A stretch of 64,000 nt of DNA, taken from the IMG/VR virus record IMGVR_UViG_3300010348_001898, positions 1 to 64,000 of that record; one strand, written 5' to 3'. The position numbers were made by a program, and so were the translations under genes. The notes under the pieces are model-generated. The model had not been told where the DNA came from, ran no database searches, and was given only the letters and a program-made list of their open reading frames with translations. The DNA comes from an uncultured virus (IMG/VR IMGVR_UViG_3300010348_001898) (taxonomy: Duplodnaviria; Heunggongvirae; Uroviricota; Caudoviricetes). Shown one piece after another: positions 37,990 through 47,606 of the stretch (positions are counted from its first letter, which is position 1; the number at the start of each line of letters is the position of its first letter).

Positions 37990-38647
37990 AGTTAGCTTCT
38001 TCTGTTTCTACTTCAAGAACAGGTCTTTCTTCTAATGTGATTGATTCATCGAATAGAACAACCCAATCTTGAACATCTTGTGCCATATTTTTACCAGTTG
38101 TATCATAGTAGTTAAATACTTTGCTGATTTCACCAATTCTTCTTAAAATATCTGCAAATACATAAGAGTCTTTAGTTAATCCTTTTACTTTATGTGTTGC
38201 AATTAGGTGATAGATATAAGTAATTTCTGTTGCATCTACTTTGAATTCTTTAACCTCAGTATCATTAGCAAATTTAATATCTTTCATTGTTCCTAAAAGA
38301 TTTGTTAATTCAACTGCAATAAATACAGTATTTACATCATACTCTAATTTTTTAACAATTAAATCCGTTAAGAAATTATACTGTGCTCTATCAAGATTTA
38401 AGTTATATTTTGTTGCTTTTAATAAAGCAATATACTCATTCCAAATCATTTGAGCTTTTTCATAGATTTCATCTTTTTCTTCGTCAGATTTACCTCTACC
38501 TGTATTATTAGTCATATAATCAGATAATTCTTTGATCTTAATATCAAGACCATTTTCAAAGTCATAGCTTAGAATAGTATATAGATTATTTTCTTTATCG
38601 GTGAATGTTACATCTGGTTTTTGCGTATTAGTTTGAATGTTTGACAT
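37988..38647 (-). CDS. hypothetical protein
   Basis: 219-aa ORF. Confidence 0.75.
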   Translation of the reverse strand: MSNIQTNTQKPDVTFTDKENNLYTILSYDFENGLDIKIKELSDYMTNNTGRGKSDEEKDEIYEKAQMIWNEYIALLKATKYNLNLDRAQYNFLTDLIVKKLEYDVNTVFIAVELTNLLGTMKDIKFANDTEVKEFKVDATEITYIYHLIATHKVKGLTKDSYVFADILRRIGEISKVFNYYDTTGKNMAQDVQDWVVLFDESITLEERPVLEVETEEAN

Positions 38648-38665
38648 ATTTTTATTTTATTTTTT

Positions 38666-38902
38666 TTATACACTTTCTACATTATGTTGTTCATATAATG
38701 ATTTTAGTGATTCTAGTTTATCTTTAGCATTAGCATAAGCTTCGATCCATCTATCATGTTCTGCTAATAAGTCTGAGTGCTCTCCAATTGCTGCTAAATT
38801 AGCATTAGTGAAATATAAATCTAAGTTAGCTTCTGCTTCCGCCATTTGAGCTTCATATCTAAGCTTCAATGCGTTGTAATATTTTGTGTTTAAGTATTTC
38901 AT
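38666..38902 (-). CDS. hypothetical helical protein
   Basis: 78-aa ORF containing AIGEHSDL. Confidence 0.7.
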   Translation of the reverse strand: MKYLNTKYYNALKLRYEAQMAEAEANLDLYFTNANLAAIGEHSDLLAEHDRWIEAYANAKDKLESLKSLYEQHNVESV

Positions 38903-38919
38903 ATTATTTATTTTTTAAG

Positions 38920-39345
38920 TTATATGATAAAATCATCATCATTGTCTCTTTTTTGTTCGTTATATAGTTCCTGTGTACCATTTGCTCTTGCTACTTTTTC
39001 TACTCCATATTTATTTACTAAAGATGAGAAAGTATTTAAGTCAGTTCTAACTAATTTAACCTTACCTGTTTCTAAATTCATATTAATTTTATCAATCTCT
39101 TGCTCAATTAAGATAGTAATTGATTCTTCATCAAAAACATTTAGTAAGTCTTCATTAATTGAAACTTTTAGATCTTTTTTAACACTATAAGCATAGTCAT
39201 CTGCAAGTTTACTAATTTTAATTAGTTCTTTTTGTTTTTTATTTCCTAAAAAGTGAAAATCGATTTTTGTAGGAAATGATTTTTTATTGAAAATTTCAAA
39301 GAAGTCGTTAATTGTATCTTCTGATAGTTCGTAAAAATTATCCAT
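38920..39345 (-). CDS. hypothetical protein
   Basis: 141-aa ORF. Confidence 0.7.
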   Translation of the reverse strand: MDNFYELSEDTINDFFEIFNKKSFPTKIDFHFLGNKKQKELIKISKLADDYAYSVKKDLKVSINEDLLNVFDEESITILIEQEIDKINMNLETGKVKLVRTDLNTFSSLVNKYGVEKVARANGTQELYNEQKRDNDDDFII

Positions 39346-39394
39346 ATTATATTTTATTTTTTATATTATAAAAAAATACTGGATAAAAGTTTTG

Positions 39395-39826
39395 TTATTT
39401 TAGTAAAAAATAAGCAATAATACCTAATACAACTAAAGCCGGAGTAAATTTATAGTAAAGGTTATTGTAAAACTCATTACTCTTAAATAAAGAGAATCCT
39501 ATTACAACTAAATAGGAATATTTATCCACTTTTTTAATATCATAAATAGAATAAAGCTCATTCAAGCCTTTAGATACTAAAAACTTAGATGTTTCAGTTA
39601 TAAATTCTTTTATATAATTTTCAGATATTCTATCAATATCAGACTTTTTAAGTGAATACTCTTCACCTACTAGTTCTTTTGGTATATTTAATACCGTATA
39701 AAGTCTATCTGCATTATCTATTCTTAGATTAAGATAATTTGATAATTCTACCTTATTATTTTTAATAATTCTTTTATAAGAATTGAAAAGACTTATTTTT
39801 TTGAAAAATGATATACTATTACTCAT
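39395..39826 (-). CDS. hypothetical protein with C-terminal transmembrane helix
   Basis: Ends ALVVLGIIAYFLLK; downstream of the tape-measure-like gene. Confidence 0.7.
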   Translation of the reverse strand: MSNSISFFKKISLFNSYKRIIKNNKVELSNYLNLRIDNADRLYTVLNIPKELVGEEYSLKKSDIDRISENYIKEFITETSKFLVSKGLNELYSIYDIKKVDKYSYLVVIGFSLFKSNEFYNNLYYKFTPALVVLGIIAYFLLK

Positions 39827-39850
39827 ATCTATTATATTAATTTAAGTTTA

Positions 39851-42800
39851 TTAGTTGAACCACCCATTAAAAAATCCTCCACCTCCACTCTTTGTATTAC
39901 CACTTGATGATAATTCTGTTGGTTTTATATTTCCATCGGTTACACTTGTAATATATTCATCTATTGTGCTTGTTGAATTATCAATTCTTGATAATATTTC
40001 AATAATTTTATCTAATTGTTCATTCGTGCTCATTTTAGCTGGTCCTTTGCCTGCACCAGCCGCACCTGCAGTAGTTTTACCTTTAGTTTCTCCAACGGTA
40101 GGTCTATTTGTTCTCGCTTTTTCTACTTCAACAAATTTAGAAAATACACTAGCTCTTTCTTCAAGTGTTTGCATCATTCTATCTAAAGCATCTGAGTCCA
40201 TGGCTGCTAATACTGCTAGATTACCAGTTAATCTTCTAATCAAATTAACTTTAGTTCCATCAATCATTTGTAATGAGTTTCCGAATTTTTCTAATGATTG
40301 TGCTAATTTATCATAAGCTGCAGCTATTTTTAGCATACCTTTTGCAGTTTGTGATACCGGATCCATCCCAGTAAGATTCTTTAATGCATTTATAGCACCA
40401 CCTTTTCCTTGTGCAACTATTGAATTAGTTAAATTGAGATATTTCATTATATTAGTCTGTAGATTATCCATATAGCCTTCTGGTATCATATTATTAAAAT
40501 ACTGTCTACCAGACCATAATGTTTTAGCAGTTCTTATTATAGCATAAGCTATAATATTAGTCTTTAATAAACTTGCATAGGTAACACTTTCAACACTTCT
40601 ATTTAAGTCAATAAATCCATTTATATTATTGCTTAATTTTTTTGACCAGTTAGCATCTGGACCTGCTTTCCAAACTGCTACGCCGACTGATGATAGTCTT
40701 TTAGCAACTCTGACAATTGCATTTGCTACTAGTACTATACCATTCGCCATTTCTCCAGCAGCTTCATCACCGTCTTTGAACCAACCGCTATTTTTAGACA
40801 TATAATCAAATACTCCACCAAATGCTTTTATTGCAGATGATACTCTTGTACCCCATTCTGAATCAGGAACATTTGCTACATCAAATGTTGCTTTATTTTC
40901 TGCAAATTTGTCAGCGGCTGCAATAATACCATCTGATATAGTTAATATTCCAGACTTCATATCATCCGGAGAAACATTTGATCCAAAGAAGCCATTATCC
41001 ATAAGAGCTGCATAGACCGGTGAGAAAGCTGCGATTGCAGTTCCTACTCCTTCTGACCATTCTTTTGAAGGTCCTCCCTTAAATGCAACTTTTGCTTTTG
41101 AGAAGTAATTTGCGGCATCTACAATTCCTTTAGATACTGTTATAATACCATCCGAAAATTGTTCTGGGGTAGGTCCACTTCCAAAAAGTACTTTCATTAT
41201 GCCACCAGTACTTAACATTTTATATACTGGTGCAAATGCGCCTAGTGCTAATGATATTCCTTCTGCCCAAGCTTTTGTTGGTCCTCCTGTATAAGAACCT
41301 TTTTTAAGAACAAACGAAACCTTAACAATAGTATCTGCAATCATTAAAACAGCATCTGCTCCCGCAACTAAAGCTACCATTCCTAAACCAAAAGAGCCAA
41401 GTATTAAAGCTCCTAAACCGGCCATTCCTAAACCAAATGTTGCTAAGCTTAAACCAGTTCCGGTTGCCCAGTCTAATGAAGGATAGTTGCCGTATGTTCC
41501 TTTACTTAATATAAATGAAGCTGCAACAATAGTAGCTGCAACCACTACAACTGCAACAGCTCCTGCTGCTAGTGCAAGTGCCCCAATTCCAGAAAGCATT
41601 CCAAGTCCTAATAAATATGCAGCTCCTCCAAATACAACTATTGATGCTCCTACACCAATTGCCCAGTCTAATGAAGGATATAAATCATATTCACCTTCTT
41701 TTAATATCAGAGATGAGATCATAATTGCCGTTGCTACTACAACTATAGCTATACTACCCATAGCTATATTCTCAAGACCCATTTTATTTAGTAACCAAGC
41801 GGCTCCACCTAAGACAACTGCTGATATAGCAAATACAACTGAAAACATTAAAATATTAATCAACTTACCAAGTGGAATTGGTTCTACTTGTGATAATATA
41901 TTAGAAGACATCCAAATTGCTATTGCTAAAGTTGTAAATAATAATGGTATAGTTACAAGAGTCTTAAGACTTATTTTATCTGCAACTGGAAGTATAAACT
42001 TTAACGCAAATGAAAGTACTACAAATACTGCAGCTATTGCAATAGCAGTTAAGAATTGTGTAAATGAAATTGGTACTATTCCTGCTAAGAATAAAGACGA
42101 TACAGCTATTGCAAGAGCCATTGCTGGTAGTATAGTAACCATCAATATGGCCGATTGTATTGCTTTAGCAGGATTTTCTATTTTGCCTAATGCATTAATT
42201 ATTTTTCCTAAACCAAATGATATAACGGTAAACATACCTGCAATAAGAATTGCGGTAAATGCTTGACCTAAACTAATAGGAATTATCATTTGTAATACCC
42301 AAGATGATAAAGTAATACCAAGTGCAATAGCAGGAAGTAATATTGGTAGAAATAAAATACTTTTACCTAATGTAGCTATATTTTCCTTACCTAACGCACT
42401 TAATATTTTTGCTATACCAAAGGATATAACAGTAAACATACCTGCAATAAGAATTGCGGTAAATGCTTGAAATATTGAAATTGGTTCAACAAATGCCAAA
42501 AACCAAGATGATAAAGTAATACCAAGTGCAATAGCAGGAAGTAATATAGGTAAGAACATTATTGATTTAGCTAGTGTTTCTAAATCTTGTTCTCCTAGAC
42601 CTTTAATTATTTTTTTTATACCGAATGATATAACAGTAAACATACCTGCAATAAGTATCGCTGTTAAAGCTTGTCCAAAACCAATAGGATAAACAAGAGC
42701 TAAAGCCCAAGAGGAGAACATTATAGCAATTGACATAATTACCATTACTTTACCTGCTATAACTGCTTGATCTACAGTAATCTTACTTTCAGCTATTTTG

Positions 42801-43228
42801 GAAAAAGCATCAGCGACCATAACAATTGCCAATCCTAATGAAACAACTGATAGAAAATCAACTTCACCTACTATCTTAAAAGCTAATCCAATTGCTAAAA
42901 CAGCAGCCGCTATTAACAATATCATTGTGGCTCCTTTCTTTATCTGACTTTCTTTCTTTGGATCTTCACCAACATCACCAACAATATTATCATTATTTTT
43001 ACTTCTTTGAAGCTCTAAGATTGTATTTTGTTTAGATAATATTTCTTCTGTGTCTTTTTTAATAGACTTTAAGCTAGTGTTAATTTCTATAAGTTGTTTA
43101 GAGAAGTCACCACTTTGTAAAGCATTAGTGGTCGCAGTTTTGCTTTCTCCTTTTTTCTGGAGAGCATCTGCAATCATTTCTAATGAACTGGATAGATTAT
43201 TAAGAGCATTTAGTAGTTGTTGATCCAT
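39851..43228 (-). CDS. tape-measure-like protein with long hydrophobic repeat region
   Basis: 1125 aa, A/G/I/L-rich helical repeats, periodic P..W motifs. Confidence 0.7.
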   Translation of the reverse strand: MDQQLLNALNNLSSSLEMIADALQKKGESKTATTNALQSGDFSKQLIEINTSLKSIKKDTEEILSKQNTILELQRSKNNDNIVGDVGEDPKKESQIKKGATMILLIAAAVLAIGLAFKIVGEVDFLSVVSLGLAIVMVADAFSKIAESKITVDQAVIAGKVMVIMSIAIMFSSWALALVYPIGFGQALTAILIAGMFTVISFGIKKIIKGLGEQDLETLAKSIMFLPILLPAIALGITLSSWFLAFVEPISIFQAFTAILIAGMFTVISFGIAKILSALGKENIATLGKSILFLPILLPAIALGITLSSWVLQMIIPISLGQAFTAILIAGMFTVISFGLGKIINALGKIENPAKAIQSAILMVTILPAMALAIAVSSLFLAGIVPISFTQFLTAIAIAAVFVVLSFALKFILPVADKISLKTLVTIPLLFTTLAIAIWMSSNILSQVEPIPLGKLINILMFSVVFAISAVVLGGAAWLLNKMGLENIAMGSIAIVVVATAIMISSLILKEGEYDLYPSLDWAIGVGASIVVFGGAAYLLGLGMLSGIGALALAAGAVAVVVVAATIVAASFILSKGTYGNYPSLDWATGTGLSLATFGLGMAGLGALILGSFGLGMVALVAGADAVLMIADTIVKVSFVLKKGSYTGGPTKAWAEGISLALGAFAPVYKMLSTGGIMKVLFGSGPTPEQFSDGIITVSKGIVDAANYFSKAKVAFKGGPSKEWSEGVGTAIAAFSPVYAALMDNGFFGSNVSPDDMKSGILTISDGIIAAADKFAENKATFDVANVPDSEWGTRVSSAIKAFGGVFDYMSKNSGWFKDGDEAAGEMANGIVLVANAIVRVAKRLSSVGVAVWKAGPDANWSKKLSNNINGFIDLNRSVESVTYASLLKTNIIAYAIIRTAKTLWSGRQYFNNMIPEGYMDNLQTNIMKYLNLTNSIVAQGKGGAINALKNLTGMDPVSQTAKGMLKIAAAYDKLAQSLEKFGNSLQMIDGTKVNLIRRLTGNLAVLAAMDSDALDRMMQTLEERASVFSKFVEVEKARTNRPTVGETKGKTTAGAAGAGKGPAKMSTNEQLDKIIEILSRIDNSTSTIDEYITSVTDGNIKPTELSSSGNTKSGGGGFFNGWFN
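42222..42675. repeat. 204-bp (68-aa) period internal repeat
   Basis: ATAAC(G/A)GTAAACATACCTGCAATAAG at 42222, 42426 and 42630. Confidence 0.9.
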
Positions 43229-43301
43229 AATCTATATATAAAAAAATCAACTGCTTTTAACAATTTGTTATTTTTTTACTATAATAAAAAATTAATATAT
43301 A

Positions 43302-43784
43302 ATGAATAAAATAAAAGTAGCTGATATGGGAATCAAGAAAGTTATAAAATACTATCTTCTTGGTGAATCCTTGAAGGAAATAGAAGCAAATAGAATTCTT
43401 GATAAGTTATCAAAGAATAAACAAATATCTGATAAAGAAAAGAGATTTTTAGATTTATATAGATATACATCTAATAATGAAGAACCTAAAGATTTAATGT
43501 ATTTATCAAAGAATGTTGCTTGTGAACATGTTAAATCACTTTTACAAAAAGGATATAGTATTTTTTGTGATTTGCATGATAGAGATGGTCTAATTGGTCT
43601 ACCTATCATTGATATTGATAACGAACATCAAGAAGAAGCATGTGTTATTTATATGAAAGGTGATGAAACTCATAAATTATATGATAGGTACTTATATAAT
43701 TTGATATATAATAATAAGTTAAAAAGATATTCACTTCAAGAGCAAGATGAATACTTTGAAGAAATAGAACATAAAAATGATTAA
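43302..43784 (+). CDS. hypothetical protein with N-proximal DUF6576-like module
   Basis: NRILDKLSKNKQISDKEKRFLD. Confidence 0.7.
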   Translation: MNKIKVADMGIKKVIKYYLLGESLKEIEANRILDKLSKNKQISDKEKRFLDLYRYTSNNEEPKDLMYLSKNVACEHVKSLLQKGYSIFCDLHDRDGLIGLPIIDIDNEHQEEACVIYMKGDETHKLYDRYLYNLIYNNKLKRYSLQEQDEYFEEIEHKND

Positions 43785-44052
43785 AAAATTCAACGATTTT
43801 ATATTAGAAGTTTCAGGAACAGAATTAGTTGGTCCAATTGGTCCTGCTTATGGTGAAACTAAAACACTTAATAAAACTATATCTGCTTTTGATACAGATG
43901 TTATTTACAGTGAATTAGGTGGTAGAATATACACAATTGATGAATATAATCAAATGTATCAAGACTATCTTAAATTAGGTGGTTCACCTTTAGATGGTTA
44001 TAATAAAGAAAATTTAGAAAAAGTTATTGTTTATTTACAAGATAATAACTAA
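43777..44052 (+). CDS. hypothetical protein with capsid-targeting-like leader
   Basis: Starts MIKKFNDFILE. Confidence 0.75.
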   Translation: MIKKFNDFILEVSGTELVGPIGPAYGETKTLNKTISAFDTDVIYSELGGRIYTIDEYNQMYQDYLKLGGSPLDGYNKENLEKVIVYLQDNN

Positions 44053-44084
44053 TACAATATATTGATAAAAACAAAAATCAAACA

Positions 44085-45407
44085 ATGAGTAAATTAACAA
44101 CATTAAATGGTATTAATGACCAAGATTTATTGAATCAAATTTTTAATGATGAGATCACGGTCTTTGAGGACATTCAAGGTAGTAAAATATGGGTAAATTG
44201 GAATGGAAAAGAATTTACAATAAAAACGAAATCGCTATCTAATGATCCTATTAATTTAATAGACTTAGCTATGCAGAACTATTATAATCCAGCATTAAAT
44301 TATTTTAATAATTTAGATTATAGAGTTAAAAGTCTTTTAAATAGAAAATGGTGGTTCTGCTTTGAATATTTTCCGGATGAGCAACCAGCAAACATAAGAT
44401 ACAACCAAGTCCCTAAAAATAATTTAGTTCTTACTGCAATTAATAAGTCTGGTAAGTATGAATTTAATTTAGATGAGTTAGTAGAATACGCTAGATTATT
44501 TGATGTAGATCATCTACCTGTGGTTTATCAAGGTAAGCTAACAGATAAGATGATTGAAGCTATAAAGTATTTCTTAAATACAAGTGAGGCAGACTTAGAA
44601 TATATTTTTGGTGATAAGTCATTTGCATTCTTCTTTTACAAAATATTAAATCCATTAGTTGATAGTTCATTTTTAATGGATGAAGAATTTCAAAAAAATA
44701 TTGAAAAGCTTATCATAAGATGTAAGTCAAATGATTTGTCATTTGAAGTTCTTAATCCTTTATATAATAGGCTTAGTACTGAAAATGATACTGAGTTTGT
44801 TGAGATTTATACTTTAATCTTGGTTAATTTCTTAAATTTCTGTCAGTCTATTAACTTAGAAGATATTAAATTAAAAGGAGAAACTAAAGATGAGATTTAT
44901 ATCTATCTAATTTGTAAGTTATTTAATATTTATATAGGAGAAGTTAAGTCAGACCTTTTAGACTTTGATTTTATAGTTCCTGATTTTTTTGATAAAGAAA
45001 AGTTCAAAATAAATACTGAACTAATTAAAAATAAGCTAACAAAAGAGTATTTATCTGAGTCCGATAAATTAGAGTATATATTTAAGGTTATTTTAGGATC
45101 ATTTAACAAAAAAAGAAAAAAAGCTATTGGTATATTTACCGATAATACAGTTAAGTTATTTAATAATTTTGTTGATGATATTCAAAATCACATTGATAAA
45201 TACTTAAACAGAATGCATGAAATTGAGCTTACAAGAGCTGGTCTTGTTGACTTCTCAGATTTCTTAGATCTTAAATATGATATGGATGCTGATGGTGAGG
45301 TTTATCCTGATGTTTACTCTGAGTTTGAAAAAGGAGTCAAGCAAGATAATAAGAAAAAGAAAGCAGGAGGAAAATTTCCAATACAACAACAAAAACCTAC
45401 ATTATAG
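44085..45407 (+). CDS. RNA ligase 2-like fold protein, probably lacking the adenylated Lys
   Basis: ITVFEDIQGSKI (motif I), CFEYF (III), LPVVYQGKL, IEKLIIR (IV). Confidence 0.55.
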   Translation: MSKLTTLNGINDQDLLNQIFNDEITVFEDIQGSKIWVNWNGKEFTIKTKSLSNDPINLIDLAMQNYYNPALNYFNNLDYRVKSLLNRKWWFCFEYFPDEQPANIRYNQVPKNNLVLTAINKSGKYEFNLDELVEYARLFDVDHLPVVYQGKLTDKMIEAIKYFLNTSEADLEYIFGDKSFAFFFYKILNPLVDSSFLMDEEFQKNIEKLIIRCKSNDLSFEVLNPLYNRLSTENDTEFVEIYTLILVNFLNFCQSINLEDIKLKGETKDEIYIYLICKLFNIYIGEVKSDLLDFDFIVPDFFDKEKFKINTELIKNKLTKEYLSESDKLEYIFKVILGSFNKKRKKAIGIFTDNTVKLFNNFVDDIQNHIDKYLNRMHEIELTRAGLVDFSDFLDLKYDMDADGEVYPDVYSEFEKGVKQDNKKKKAGGKFPIQQQKPTL

Positions 45408-45416
45408 TAGGTTTTT
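45391..45416. terminator. intrinsic terminator
   Basis: AAAAACCTAC-ATTATA-GTAGGTTTTT. Confidence 0.75.
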
Positions 45417-45438
45417 ATTTACAAAATAATTTTATTAT

Positions 45439-45642
45439 ATGAATATAAATACTATTGATTTAAATGTCAAATCAATTGATATTAAAGCAGGTGTGAGAAA
45501 ATTAAGAACTAAATGGACTACTGAAATGGTTAATGATTTAAGTTTTCATAGTGGATTTGGTGATATTGAACGACAATTAATCGTATCTATACGCAAGGAA
45601 AAAAGAATAAAAACTATCAATAATTTACTAAACAATATCTAA
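45439..45642 (+). CDS. small protein resembling a fragment of gp23-type major capsid protein plus C-terminal tag
   Basis: IKAGVRKLRTKWTTEMVNDL..H.G..DIERQL versus gp23-family AKSRKLKAxWTxELAQDLxAxHGxDAExEL. Confidence 0.6.
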   Translation: MNINTIDLNVKSIDIKAGVRKLRTKWTTEMVNDLSFHSGFGDIERQLIVSIRKEKRIKTINNLLNNI

Positions 45643-45660
45643 GTTTTCAGTATAAAAGTT

Positions 45661-46878
45661 ATGTATATAGAAACAAAAACTATTAACCAATATAGAATAA
45701 ATAAAAAGATAAAACAAAAGTCTTTTTCTTTACATTTTTTACCTGAATGCTTAAATGATCTTGTAAAAAGAAAACACATTGAGTTCTCAAATCAAAAATT
45801 AAAAGTAGATTATCTAGTAGATATAGTTCATAATTTACTACTTAAATATTATTTCAAAAAAGAAAATAAATTTGCACTAAATGCAACAATACTTAAAAGT
45901 AAGTATGGTTATCTTTACAACTACTATATTTCCTTTCTTATTGAGAATAATATTATTCGATTGCATACAAATTATAAAAAAGGTAAAACATCTAGAATAT
46001 ATTCATTAAATGAAAAGATTTTTACACAAAGAATAAATCGATATAGAAACTATGATAAAGTCTTACTAAAAAAGTATAAAGGTAAGTTTATTGAAATGAC
46101 ATCTGAGGATTCAGATATATCTATAATTGAACCTTCTGTTCGAGAAAAACTAGTAAATGATTTATTTAATGTTAAGATTGACTACGATAGAGCTATATTC
46201 TTTTTAGACTTACTTAAAAATGAGGATATTGATATTTACAATAGAAATATTTACTCTGTTGAGTGTATAAATGATAGTCATATATTTTATCACTTTGACT
46301 CATATGGTAGAATGCATACAAATTATACTATATTAAAATCATTTATTCGTAAAAACTGTTTATTAATTGATGGTTTAGAAACTTGTGAGTTAGATATACC
46401 AAATAGTCAGCCATTATTTTTGGTAAAGTTAATAAATATTAGTAATTTTGGTAATGTAGATCAAGATGAGTTTGAGTTATTTAAGAAGCTAACTATTGAT
46501 GGTAATTTTTATCAGTATTTTATGTCAATGATTGGTGAGACAAATAAAAAGTTAGTGAAAGAAATGACTTATAAAGTTCTCTTTGGTAGAAATATTGCAA
46601 GCTCGAAGGCAGATAAGCATTTCAAGTCTTTATTTCCTACGATATATGACTTTATAAAAACGTATAAAAAAGAAAATGGAGATTATCGTGTTCTTGCGTA
46701 TGATTTACAAAGAGCAGAGTCATCATTAGTATTTAATAAGATAATAAGTAAAGTGATGAATTACTATCCTGAAATAAAAATGATAACAATACACGATAGT
46801 ATTGTTGTTCCTAAAATATATAGAGAGGAAGTAAATATCATTTTTGAGAATGAATTAAAAAAAGAATTTAATATATAG
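45661..46878 (+). CDS. minimal family-A / T7-RNAP-like polymerase palm protein
   Basis: GRMH, motif A ELDIPNSQP, motif B KEMTYKVLFG, LQRAES, motif C TIHDS. Confidence 0.7.
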   Translation: MYIETKTINQYRINKKIKQKSFSLHFLPECLNDLVKRKHIEFSNQKLKVDYLVDIVHNLLLKYYFKKENKFALNATILKSKYGYLYNYYISFLIENNIIRLHTNYKKGKTSRIYSLNEKIFTQRINRYRNYDKVLLKKYKGKFIEMTSEDSDISIIEPSVREKLVNDLFNVKIDYDRAIFFLDLLKNEDIDIYNRNIYSVECINDSHIFYHFDSYGRMHTNYTILKSFIRKNCLLIDGLETCELDIPNSQPLFLVKLINISNFGNVDQDEFELFKKLTIDGNFYQYFMSMIGETNKKLVKEMTYKVLFGRNIASSKADKHFKSLFPTIYDFIKTYKKENGDYRVLAYDLQRAESSLVFNKIISKVMNYYPEIKMITIHDSIVVPKIYREEVNIIFENELKKEFNI

Positions 46879-46881
46879 ATT

Positions 46882-47031
46882 ATGAAACAATTTTGTTTAA
46901 CAACTAAGTCAAAGGAAGTTATCATAAAAACTTCTGCTAGTGATTTTCAAGAAGCACTTGATTATTTCTCAAAAGTTAAAAAACTTCCTAAAGAGGAAAT
47001 ATTAAAAATATTTTACATCTTAGAAAAATAA
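46882..47031 (+). CDS. small hypothetical protein (49 aa)
   Basis: Manual ORF MKQFCLTTKSKEVIIKT...FYILEK* filling the intergenic gap. Confidence 0.6.
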   Translation: MKQFCLTTKSKEVIIKTSASDFQEALDYFSKVKKLPKEEILKIFYILEK

Positions 47032-47041
47032 TATATACTTT

Positions 47042-47581
47042 GTGAACTTAGAGAATCCAAATATATCATATGTTATACTATCTAATGATAATGTTGATAG
47101 CATACAAACATATCTTTACTCTAAAGAGTATCAAGTATTACCTTTGCAAACCTATTACAAAGAGCAATTTAATGATTCTACATTAGGTTGGGGTGATGTT
47201 GATAATAATACTTTAAGAAAAGATGTTGTTTTTCTACTTAATTATTTTCAAGTAGAAAGTGCTATTATAAAATATAAAGGTGAAACATCTCCTAAGAAAA
47301 TATTTAGAGATGGTTCTGAGAAGTTATTAGAAGTTTATATGTATAATACAGATTCTGAGAAGATTTCATATTTATATATGGGTTTATCTTTTTCTTTTGT
47401 TGAAGCAAAGAAATATTGGATGCCAAAAAAGAAAGAAGATTTTAGACAAGGTATGATTATTGAATATTTTAATAATAGTCAGTGGAATGAAAAGATAGTT
47501 TTTGATTTAGATACCGAATGGGATAAAATGTATAAACTATTGGTAAAATATGATAAAATTAGAGTATTATCAAAAGTATAA
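47042..47581 (+). CDS. hypothetical protein
   Basis: 179-aa ORF, GTG start, TAATATATA directly upstream. Confidence 0.7.
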   Translation: MNLENPNISYVILSNDNVDSIQTYLYSKEYQVLPLQTYYKEQFNDSTLGWGDVDNNTLRKDVVFLLNYFQVESAIIKYKGETSPKKIFRDGSEKLLEVYMYNTDSEKISYLYMGLSFSFVEAKKYWMPKKKEDFRQGMIIEYFNNSQWNEKIVFDLDTEWDKMYKLLVKYDKIRVLSKV

Positions 47582-47606
47582 AAAAAGTCGCATTTGCGAC
47601 TTTTTT
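47581..47606. terminator. bidirectional intrinsic terminator
   Basis: AAAAAAGTCGCA-TT-TGCGACTTTTTT; same stem as 52759. Confidence 0.8.

Noticed and set aside
38666..38902. MKYLNTKYY as another member of the leader family
   Set aside because: Lacks the F-E/x-x-F or L-x-E part of the motif
39855..42266. Plus-strand ORFs 39855..40316 and 41487..42266
   Set aside because: Antisense shadows of the tape-measure-like gene
42222..42675. Diversity-generating retroelement template/variable repeat pair
   Set aside because: In-frame tandem coding repeats; no reverse transcriptase in the window
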